Translations under genes and position numbers: made by a program
Notes under the pieces: model-generated
What the model was told of the DNA's origin: nothing
Database searches by the model: none
The model's input: the letters and a program-made list of their open reading frames with translations, nothing else
Source of the DNA: Gemmatimonadales bacterium
Lineage (GTDB): Bacteria; Gemmatimonadota; Gemmatimonadetes; Gemmatimonadales; Gemmatimonadaceae
DNA length: 64,000 nucleotides
Assembly (NCBI GenBank): GCA_039931395.1
Contig: JBDTRZ010000004.1
Coordinates: 587 to 64,586 of the forward strand
Reading direction: 5' to 3'
In this document: piece after piece, positions 56,664 to 64,000 of the stretch
Numbering within the stretch: position 1 is the stretch's first letter
Layout of the letters: each line of letters starts with the position of its first letter

Positions 56664-57041
56664 TTATCTCACTCGAAAAGCGTTTTCGACGTGAATGACC
56701 TGGGGAGAGCCTGATCCGTACACTACCCCCACGACGTCGAACCTGAACGAGTCACCCGGCGCACGCTTCCGCGCCATCCAGTCGCGTGCCGCGTGCGTCA
56801 TCTCGCGCTGCTTACGCCAGTGAACGGCCTCGAGCGGCCCACCAAAAGCAGTGGACACGCGAGTCTTGACCTCGACGAACGCGACAAGGCGTCCCTCTGC
56901 ACCCGATCGCGCAATCACCAGATCGATGTCCCGGTGCCCGCTTCGAAACCTCCGCTCGAGAACCCTCCACCCTCGTTCAACCAGCCATTGCTCCGCTATC
57001 CGCTCGCCTCGCTCGCCCAGTATCTGACGCGCCGCTGTCAT
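56664..57041 (-). CDS. yraN: YraN (UPF0102) endonuclease-like protein
   Basis: LGERGE, DIDLV, FVEVKTR, RFDVV, ENAF. Confidence 0.9.
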   Translation of the reverse strand: MTAARQILGERGERIAEQWLVERGWRVLERRFRSGHRDIDLVIARSGAEGRLVAFVEVKTRVSTAFGGPLEAVHWRKQREMTHAARDWMARKRAPGDSFRFDVVGVVYGSGSPQVIHVENAFRVR

Positions 57042-57187
57042 GGCGATGCAACGTAGACGAGCACTCGCGGGATGAATCGCCATAGCGTCGCAACGGCAAT
57101 CATTACCCCGCACGTGCATGGATTCGGATGACGCGCAAACTGCTATCAGCTATTCGCGGATTGCAGTCTGCTCGTGAAAGGGTTCAC

Positions 57188-59623
57188 TCAGGCTCTCGGT
57201 CCGCAGATCCTGTCGAGATCATCGAGCCCGGCAAGAACGTCACGCGGTCGCGAGCCGTCCGGCGGACCAAGCACGCCCGCGGACTGAAGCTGGTCGATGA
57301 TGCGCGCAGCGCGGCCATAGCCGACCTTGAGGCGGCGCTGCAGCAGCGACGTCGATCCCTGCTGATGCTGAATAACGACCTCCGCCGCCTCGCGGAACAG
57401 CTTGTCGCGATCGCCGCCGTCGCCATCGTCGCCACTCCCGGCGCCCAGCGCTTCTTCAGCCTCCTTCTTTCGTATCGTCTCGAGAATGTCGGACTCGGCC
57501 GGCTCTTCAACGGTGAGGCCCTGCGCAGCCGCGGCCGCGCGACGGCTGGTCTTTCTGTCCTCGTACCACCGCGTCAAACGCTCGGTGTCCTCGCTCGATA
57601 TGAACGCGCCCTGCAGTCGGCTCGGCTCCGATTTCCCCGGGGGAACGAACAGCATGTCTCCATTTCCAAGCAGTGATTCCGCGCCCATCGTGTCGAGAAT
57701 CGTCCGGCTGTCGATCTGCGATGCAACGCGGAATGCGATCCGGCTCGCGAAGTTCGCCTTGATGAGACCGGTCAGCACGTTCACGCTTGGTCTCTGTGTA
57801 GCGAGAATGATGTGAATGCCGATGGCGCGCGCCTTCTGTGCGAGCAGCGCGAGCGGCGTCTCCACTTCGGCCTGCACCGTCATCATCAGATCGGCGAGCT
57901 CGTCGATGATGAGCACGATGTACGGGAGAATTCCGCCGCCGTACTCGTTGATCTCGAACGCCACGTCGCCACGCGGTGGATTCCTGAGCGTCGCACCCTC
58001 GTTGACCTTGCGGTTGAAGTCCTGAATGTTGCGCGCTCCATTTGCCGCGAGCAGCTCGTAGCGCTCCTGCATCTCGAGCACGGCCCACTTGAGGACCGAC
58101 GCGGCGTCACGGTTGTCGGTGACGACCTTGTGCCGCAGATGCGGGAGAACGTTGTACACCGACAGCTCCACCATCTTGGGATCGACCATCAGAAAGCGAA
58201 GAGTCTTCGGCGTGTGACGATAGATCAGACTCGTGATGAGCGTGTTGATGCACACCGATTTTCCGGAGCCTGTCGCTCCTGCGATCAGGAGGTGCGGCAT
58301 CTTCGCCAGATCGGCGATCACCGCGCGGCCCTCGAGATCCTTGCCGAGCGCGATGGGAAGCGCCGCTGGCATCTTCTGATAGTCGCGCGACTCGAGCATC
58401 TCACGGAATGCAACCATTTCCGGCGTGGGATTCGGGACTTCGACGCCGACGGCTCCCTTCCCCGGAATCGGCGCCACCACGCGAATGCTCTGCGCGCGCA
58501 TGGCGAGTGCCAGATCGTTGGCCAGCGCCGCAAACTGCCGCACCTTCACTCCTGAGGCTGGCGCGATCTCGAACTGAGTGACAACGGGACCCGTGGTCCG
58601 CCCGACGAGCTCTCCTTCCACCCGGAAAGTGCGAAGCGCTTCCATCAGCTTCACACCCATCGCGTCGAGCTCGCGGTTCCCATGGTCGACGTTTCGCGCG
58701 GGCGCTGGAGTCAGCAGCTCCGGCGACGGCAGATCTTCGTCGGCGTCCGCGATGCCGCCCGCGGTCGCATCGATTGCAGCCGCAATCCTGTCATCGTGCT
58801 CGCTCGCCAGCTCGGCTCTCGTCTTCTTCTCGCGCTTTTTTCTTTCCCCGCGCGGCGCCCTCGCCTCATCGGAGGAGTCGTCGCCGTTCATGAGTGCGAC
58901 GTCCAGCGCCGGCATCTCTTCCGGAGTTGGCTCTGGTGGGAGTGCCGGCGGTCCGCGGCGCCGGCGCGTCGGCTCGGCGTCCGCCTCATCGATGCCGACA
59001 TCATCCTCAACCACCGCAACCGGACTATCGGGCCGGCGCCCGACTATCGCGCGAATGGGATTCCACGAGAGCGTCGCCGCCATCAGTGCGCTGAGTGACA
59101 GCGCCATCAGAATCCACGCTCCCGCTGTCCCCGCGAACTGCAGCAGATAGAACGCGGCGAAGCTTCCCCACAGACCCGGCAACGCTGTCGAATCGCGAAG
59201 TCCGCCGTGTGAGAGGCCGAGTCCGACCGGCAGCAGGAACACGAGCCCGAGGAGAAACACCATCCACGATCTGTCGGTTCGCTGGTCAAGGCGTCCGAAC
59301 AGACGCAACGCATGCGCTGCGAGCGCAATCGGAATCAGCGCGGCAGCAGGCCAGCCGAGTAGCCGGGCCATCGGATAGGCGAGGAGCGTTCCCGCCCATC
59401 CGAACGTCATGCGGACGTCGCCCTCCGCGCGCAGCAGTGCGATGCCCTGCATCGAGAGTGCTCCGCCGAGGAACGCGGCGAAGAGAATCAGCGCGATGCC
59501 CCACAGCTCGCGCTTGAGCGCGGAGCCCGGAGCGGGCGCGTTATCGCTCGCGGTCGGGCCCGAGGCGGGTGATTTGACGGTCCTGGTAGATGGGGACAAC
59601 AGCGTGCGAATCCACTGCAGCAC
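57188..59623 (-). CDS. ftsK: DNA translocase FtsK
   Basis: N-terminal TM domain, MPHLLIAGATGSGKS, IIDELADLMM, LATQRPS, gamma domain GYGRAARIID. Start uncertain and probably overlaps comB. Confidence 0.93.
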   Translation of the reverse strand: MLQWIRTLLSPSTRTVKSPASGPTASDNAPAPGSALKRELWGIALILFAAFLGGALSMQGIALLRAEGDVRMTFGWAGTLLAYPMARLLGWPAAALIPIALAAHALRLFGRLDQRTDRSWMVFLLGLVFLLPVGLGLSHGGLRDSTALPGLWGSFAAFYLLQFAGTAGAWILMALSLSALMAATLSWNPIRAIVGRRPDSPVAVVEDDVGIDEADAEPTRRRRGPPALPPEPTPEEMPALDVALMNGDDSSDEARAPRGERKKREKKTRAELASEHDDRIAAAIDATAGGIADADEDLPSPELLTPAPARNVDHGNRELDAMGVKLMEALRTFRVEGELVGRTTGPVVTQFEIAPASGVKVRQFAALANDLALAMRAQSIRVVAPIPGKGAVGVEVPNPTPEMVAFREMLESRDYQKMPAALPIALGKDLEGRAVIADLAKMPHLLIAGATGSGKSVCINTLITSLIYRHTPKTLRFLMVDPKMVELSVYNVLPHLRHKVVTDNRDAASVLKWAVLEMQERYELLAANGARNIQDFNRKVNEGATLRNPPRGDVAFEINEYGGGILPYIVLIIDELADLMMTVQAEVETPLALLAQKARAIGIHIILATQRPSVNVLTGLIKANFASRIAFRVASQIDSRTILDTMGAESLLGNGDMLFVPPGKSEPSRLQGAFISSEDTERLTRWYEDRKTSRRAAAAAQGLTVEEPAESDILETIRKKEAEEALGAGSGDDGDGGDRDKLFREAAEVVIQHQQGSTSLLQRRLKVGYGRAARIIDQLQSAGVLGPPDGSRPRDVLAGLDDLDRICGPRA

Positions 59624-60287
59624 AGGCGACGAGGTCTTCCCCGAACCCTGCCTGGGCGAGCGCTTGTCCGTGGGACGATTCCTGGAAGATCGTTTCGATG
59701 TTGTCGCCATACTTCCTGTCGATGAGCGCGCAGGCACAAGCGGCGTCGTTTTCCATGACCGACACGCCGGGTTTCCTGATGGAGCGGACGTAGCGGCCCG
59801 CGCAGGCCGCATCCTCGAGACTAAAGTGTCCCTCTGTGCCCGCGCAGACAATCGAAATGTCATTCTCGGCTCTGACGGCGGCGCGCAGCATCGCCGATAC
59901 GGCAGCCAGGTTCACGTAGGATGCGACCACGATGTCGCGCGCTCCTACGATCGACGCCAGGGCGCGGGTTCCGTTCGTCGTGGTGATCACCACGGTGCAG
60001 CCGGCCACCGCGCGAGACGTGAACTCGAGGGGAGAATTCCCCATGTCGAAACCCGGGATGGGAAGCATTTTCCTCTCGCCGGCGAGAAGAACACTACTTC
60101 GCTCGAACTGCTTCGACCGCATGATCGCGTCTTCGACGCTCGCCTCGGGGATCACGCTCTTCGCGCCATTCGAGAGCGCCGTCGCGATGCCGGTGGACGC
60201 ACGCAGCACGTCGATCACCGCGACGACACGACCTTGCATGTCGCCGGGCGTGATCTCCCCAGGCGACATGAACACCTCGACTTTCAC
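59541..60287 (-). CDS. comB: 2-phosphosulfolactate phosphatase family protein
   Basis: VIDVLRAST, LAGER, GNSPLE, TTTNGT, CAG...FSLED. Confidence 0.88.
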   Translation of the reverse strand: MKVEVFMSPGEITPGDMQGRVVAVIDVLRASTGIATALSNGAKSVIPEASVEDAIMRSKQFERSSVLLAGERKMLPIPGFDMGNSPLEFTSRAVAGCTVVITTTNGTRALASIVGARDIVVASYVNLAAVSAMLRAAVRAENDISIVCAGTEGHFSLEDAACAGRYVRSIRKPGVSVMENDAACACALIDRKYGDNIETIFQESSHGQALAQAGFGEDLVACAAVDSHAVVPIYQDRQITRLGPDRER

Positions 60288-61643
60288 TTAGGCGGACTCC
60301 CGGAACAGATCCGTCTCGCGCTCCAGGAACTTCGTATCCACCTCACCCGCCTGAAAGCGCGGGTTTGCCATCACCCGCGCGAGAAACGGAATGGTGGTGG
60401 TGACGCCTTCGATGACGAACGACTCGAGCGCAACCTGCATGCGACGCAGCGCTTCGGGCCTGTCTCTTGCCTGACAGACCAGCTTGGCAAGCAGCGAGTC
60501 GTAGTAAGGCGGAACGACGTAGCCTGTGTAGACGTGCGTGTCGAGCCGCACGCCCGGACCTCCCGGCGGGTGAAACACCTCGAGCTTCCCGGGGGAAGGC
60601 TGGAAATTCCGCGCGGGATCTTCAGCATTCACCCGGCACTCGATGACATGTCCGCGGAATTCCGGAGTCTCGAGCACCGAAAGCTTCTCACCCGCAGCGA
60701 CGCGGATCTGTTCCTTCACGAGGTCAACGCCCGTCAGCATCTCCGTCACCGGGTGCTCCACCTGGATTCGCGTGTTCATTTCCATGAAGTAGAACTGGCC
60801 GTCCTCGTTGAGGAGCATCTCGATCGTGCCGGCTCCCACGTAATCGATGGCCTTCGCTCCGCGCACCGAGGCCTCTCCCATCGCCGCTCTCAGCTCCGGC
60901 GTAAGCCCAGGGCTCGGTGACTCCTCGATCAGCTTCTGGTGTCGGCGCTGCACCGAGCAGTCGCGCTCACCGAGGTGAATGATGTTTCCGTGCCTGTCAC
61001 CCATGATCTGAAACTCGACGTGGCGCGGGCGGGCCAGGTACTTCTCGACGTACACCTCGCCGCTGCCGAAAGCCGACAGCGCTTCGGAGCGCGCAAGCTG
61101 GAAGGATCGGATGAAATCGTCCGGCTCTGTCGCGACGCGCATTCCCTTTCCGCCGCCTCCGGCAGCGGCCTTGATGATCACCGGAAAGCCTATCTCGCGC
61201 GCGAGCGTCAGCGCTTCCTCCGGATCCTCCACTCCTCCAGGAGTGCCGGGAATGATCGGCACGCCCACCTTCGCCATTGCATTGCGCGCGGCCGCCTTGT
61301 CCCCCATCACGCGGATCTGCTCCGCCGTCGGCCCGATGAACGCGATGTTGCTGGCTGCGCACGTTTCGGCGAACTCGGCGTTCTCGGCGAGGAAGCCATA
61401 GCCCGGATGAATCGCGTCTGCTCCGGCGATCTCCGCCGCAGCAATGATTCTCGGAATCTTGAGATAGGAATCGCGCGCCGGCGCGGGGCCGATGCACACG
61501 TCGTCGTCGGCGAACCGCACGTGGAGCGACTCACGATCCGCCTCGGAGTACACCGCGACGGTCTGTATCCTGAGCTCGCGGCATGCGCGAATCACGCGGA
61601 GGGCGATCTCTCCGCGGTTCGCGATCAGGACTTTCTTGAACAC
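60288..61643 (-). CDS. accC: Acetyl-CoA carboxylase biotin carboxylase
   Basis: [53 protein letters not shown]. Confidence 0.96.
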   Translation of the reverse strand: MFKKVLIANRGEIALRVIRACRELRIQTVAVYSEADRESLHVRFADDDVCIGPAPARDSYLKIPRIIAAAEIAGADAIHPGYGFLAENAEFAETCAASNIAFIGPTAEQIRVMGDKAAARNAMAKVGVPIIPGTPGGVEDPEEALTLAREIGFPVIIKAAAGGGGKGMRVATEPDDFIRSFQLARSEALSAFGSGEVYVEKYLARPRHVEFQIMGDRHGNIIHLGERDCSVQRRHQKLIEESPSPGLTPELRAAMGEASVRGAKAIDYVGAGTIEMLLNEDGQFYFMEMNTRIQVEHPVTEMLTGVDLVKEQIRVAAGEKLSVLETPEFRGHVIECRVNAEDPARNFQPSPGKLEVFHPPGGPGVRLDTHVYTGYVVPPYYDSLLAKLVCQARDRPEALRRMQVALESFVIEGVTTTIPFLARVMANPRFQAGEVDTKFLERETDLFRESA

Positions 61644-61656
61644 TTTTTGCCTGCCC

Positions 61657-62820
61657 TTAGGAGGCGACATCCTGAGTGATGCTGTCCCAGGTAGTATCAC
61701 TCGCGCCGGCAACGCCCTGGATTCGCAGCGCGAACTCGCTCGGGTTCGTCGCGTAGTAGAGAGCGCTCTCGTACGACACAACGCCTTTCTTGTACCAGTT
61801 CATGAGCGACTGGTCGAAGCTCTGCATTCCGTACTGCACCGTTCCTTCGGCGATCAGCTCCGGAATGTTGAGCGATTTGGCCATGTCGCGGATGTTGTCC
61901 CGCACCGCCGCCGTGTTGATGAGTATCTCGGCAGCGGGAACGCGCCCTGGCTTGTCGGCACGCGGTACCAGGCGAAGCGAAACAACCGCCTCAAGCGCGC
62001 TCGCGAGCAGGAACCGCACTTCGGACTGCTGGTGCGGCGGATAGAAGGACAGGATGCGGTTGATCGTCTGCGTCGCATCGGTCGTGTGAAGCGTCGAGAA
62101 GACGAGGTGGCCCGTGTCGGCTGCCTTCATCGCGGTGTCGAGAGTGTCGAGATCGCGGATCTCTCCGACGAGGAGAATGTCCGGATCCTGCCGCAGCACC
62201 CGTCGCAGCGCCTGGGCGAAGCTGGCGGTGTCCGTTCCGACTTCGCGCTGGTTGATGTGCGCCTTGTTGTCGCGATGCAGGAACTCGATCGGGTCCTCGA
62301 TCGTGATGATGTTGGCGTTCCTGTTCTGGTTGATGAATTGAATCATCGCGGCCAGAGCAGTCGATTTTCCCGAGCCGGTGACGCCCGTGACGAGTACCAG
62401 ACCGCGAGGCTTCATCGCAATCTGCTCCAGCACAGGCGGCAGGTTCAGCTCGGATATCGTGCTCGCCTGGAACGGGACAATGCGGAAAGCGTACGCGATT
62501 GTGCCTCGCTGCTGGTACGCGTTAACACGGAAACGGCCAATGCCCGGCACGCCGAGCGCGAAGTCGGCTTCCTTCATCTCGCCGAATTCCTTCTGCCGCT
62601 TGGGCGGCATGATCTGGTCGGCGAGCGCCTTCATGTCATCCGAGCGCATCGGGGACATCGGGAGACTGCGCAGCTCTCCATTCACGCGAAGGGTAGGTGC
62701 GCAACCCACCTTGAGATGGAGATCGGATGCGTTCTGCTCGAGCATCTGGCGGAGCACGTTTCGATAGTCGAACGTGGTCCCTACGCCGGTAGCGAGCGCT
62801 TCGGAAACTGGGTCAGCCAT
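61657..62820 (-). CDS. pilT: Type IV pilus retraction ATPase PilT/PilU family
   Basis: [54 protein letters not shown]. Confidence 0.88.
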   Translation of the reverse strand: MADPVSEALATGVGTTFDYRNVLRQMLEQNASDLHLKVGCAPTLRVNGELRSLPMSPMRSDDMKALADQIMPPKRQKEFGEMKEADFALGVPGIGRFRVNAYQQRGTIAYAFRIVPFQASTISELNLPPVLEQIAMKPRGLVLVTGVTGSGKSTALAAMIQFINQNRNANIITIEDPIEFLHRDNKAHINQREVGTDTASFAQALRRVLRQDPDILLVGEIRDLDTLDTAMKAADTGHLVFSTLHTTDATQTINRILSFYPPHQQSEVRFLLASALEAVVSLRLVPRADKPGRVPAAEILINTAAVRDNIRDMAKSLNIPELIAEGTVQYGMQSFDQSLMNWYKKGVVSYESALYYATNPSEFALRIQGVAGASDTTWDSITQDVAS

Positions 62821-63301
62821 TGGGATCGATGCGGAAGAGCACCTGGCCGTATTCGACCGGGTGCGAGTTCTGGGCGAGGATCTCCTTCACTACTCCATCG
62901 AACTCCGACTCGATCTCGTTCATGATCTTCATCGCTTCGATGATGCAAAGGATCTGTCCTTTGGAGATCCGGTCGCCGACTGCAAGGTAGGGTTTCGCGC
63001 CGGGTTCCGGCGCAGCGTAATACGTTCCCACCATCGGCGATTTCACTTCGAGGTAGCGGGGCTTTGCGGGCTCCGCGCGTGGTGCTGGTTCAGCTGGTGC
63101 GACGGCTCCGGTCGGCGGCGTGGCGAGCGCCGGCGCCTGAAGCATCTGCGGCATCTGCATCCCGGTCAGCTGCACGGCGGCACGCGGAGCTGACTTCGAA
63201 AGCCGGATCTTCATCCCCTTGTCGGAGGATATCTCGATCGAGTTGACCGATGACGCGTCGATCATCTCGAGGAGCTTCTTGACATATCGAAGATCGATCA
63301 T
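62813..63301 (-). CDS. accB: Biotin carboxyl carrier protein
   Basis: SPMVGTYY, EAMKIMNEI, VEYGQ; Ala/Pro linker. Confidence 0.95.
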   Translation of the reverse strand: MIDLRYVKKLLEMIDASSVNSIEISSDKGMKIRLSKSAPRAAVQLTGMQMPQMLQAPALATPPTGAVAPAEPAPRAEPAKPRYLEVKSPMVGTYYAAPEPGAKPYLAVGDRISKGQILCIIEAMKIMNEIESEFDGVVKEILAQNSHPVEYGQVLFRIDPNG

Positions 63302-63365
63302 GATTCAGATCCCGGCGTGCGGAGTTCTGCGGCCTTCCGCGTATGCCGCACGATGGATGTAGTTC

Positions 63366-64000
63366 TCATGCGACTTCAATGAGCTCCCGGGAAAAGTTCG
63401 TAAGTATCCGCGGACCGTTCGCTGAGAGGTGGACGTCGTCCTCTATACGGACGCCTCCCCACCCCGGCCGGTAAATGCCCGGCTCGATCGTCACCACGGA
63501 CCCAGCCGCCAGAGCCGCCTCTGCGGTGCGCGCGAGCCGAGGAGACTCGTGAACCTCCAGTCCGAGGCCGTGACCAAGGCTGTGGCCGAACGCTTCCCCG
63601 TGCCCGCAGCGCTCAATGTAGCTCCGAGCGAGCGCATCGGCAGCAATTCCAGTCATTCCCGCCCTCACCGAGTGGGATGCGATGTGGTTCGCATCGCGCA
63701 CGACTTCGTAGATCTCGCGCTGCTCGGCGGTGGGAATTCCCGCCACGAAAGTGCGGGTGACATCGGAGCAGTAGCCTCCGTGCTGAGCGCCGAAATCGAG
63801 CAGAAGAAAGTCTCCCTTCTCCACCTCGCGAGACGACGCTCGCGCATGCGGCAGCGCCGACCTCGGGCCTGACGCGACGATGGCGGGGAACGGCGCTTCT
63901 TCGCTCCCTTCGTCGCGCAGTGCTTTCTCCAGTATGCCTGCGATCTGAAGCTCCGTCTGTCCCGCCGAGATGAACGGGATTGTGCGAGACAGAGCGTCGG
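63366..64000 (-). CDS. Xaa-Pro aminopeptidase (M24), 5' part outside the window
   Basis: DFGA..GYCSDVTRT, HSLGHGLGLEVHE, TIEPGIY, GVRIEDD. Confidence 0.9.
   Translation of the reverse strand, partial: DALSRTIPFISAGQTELQIAGILEKALRDEGSEEAPFPAIVASGPRSALPHARASSREVEKGDFLLLDFGAQHGGYCSDVTRTFVAGIPTAEQREIYEVVRDANHIASHSVRAGMTGIAADALARSYIERCGHGEAFGHSLGHGLGLEVHESPRLARTAEAALAAGSVVTIEPGIYRPGWGGVRIEDDVHLSANGPRILTNFSRELIEVA

Noticed and set aside
59409-62925. 503-aa and 477-aa plus-strand ORFs
   Set aside because: Antisense to comB, accC and pilT; codon-mirror artefacts.
1-64000. tRNA, rRNA, prophage, integrase or defence genes
   Set aside because: None recognised in the intergenic gaps or ORFs.

Overview
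GC-rich bacterial DNA; protein content and gene order suggest Gemmatimonadota (inference). Positions 1-41.5 kb hold a large Wzx/Wzy-type surface polysaccharide locus. It has wza, wzc, a PHP-type phosphatase, wecA, a flippase, a likely polymerase and about 12 glycosyltransferases. Tailoring enzymes include two carbamoyltransferases, five methyltransferases, a deacetylase, GNAT/AT3/MBOAT acyltransferases, an AsnB-like amidotransferase and an amino-sugar trio. Positions 41.5-64 kb are minus-strand housekeeping genes (hflX, rarA, cca, asparaginase, alaS, recX, recA, yraN, ftsK, comB, accC, pilT, accB, M24 peptidase). The most notable element lies between alaS and recX. It is a duplicated cassette of [c-di-GMP-I-like riboswitch, secreted lipoprotein of unknown function, near-identical terminator], and the two copies flank a GT32 glycosyltransferase. 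Both aptamers carry U instead of the ligand-pairing C92 (G20/A47/U92), so they may sense a different cyclic dinucleotide. Other observations are a structured RNA between recA and recX, a candidate recA operator, leaderless promoters and non-canonical start codons. All calls come from manual reading; no database searches were run.
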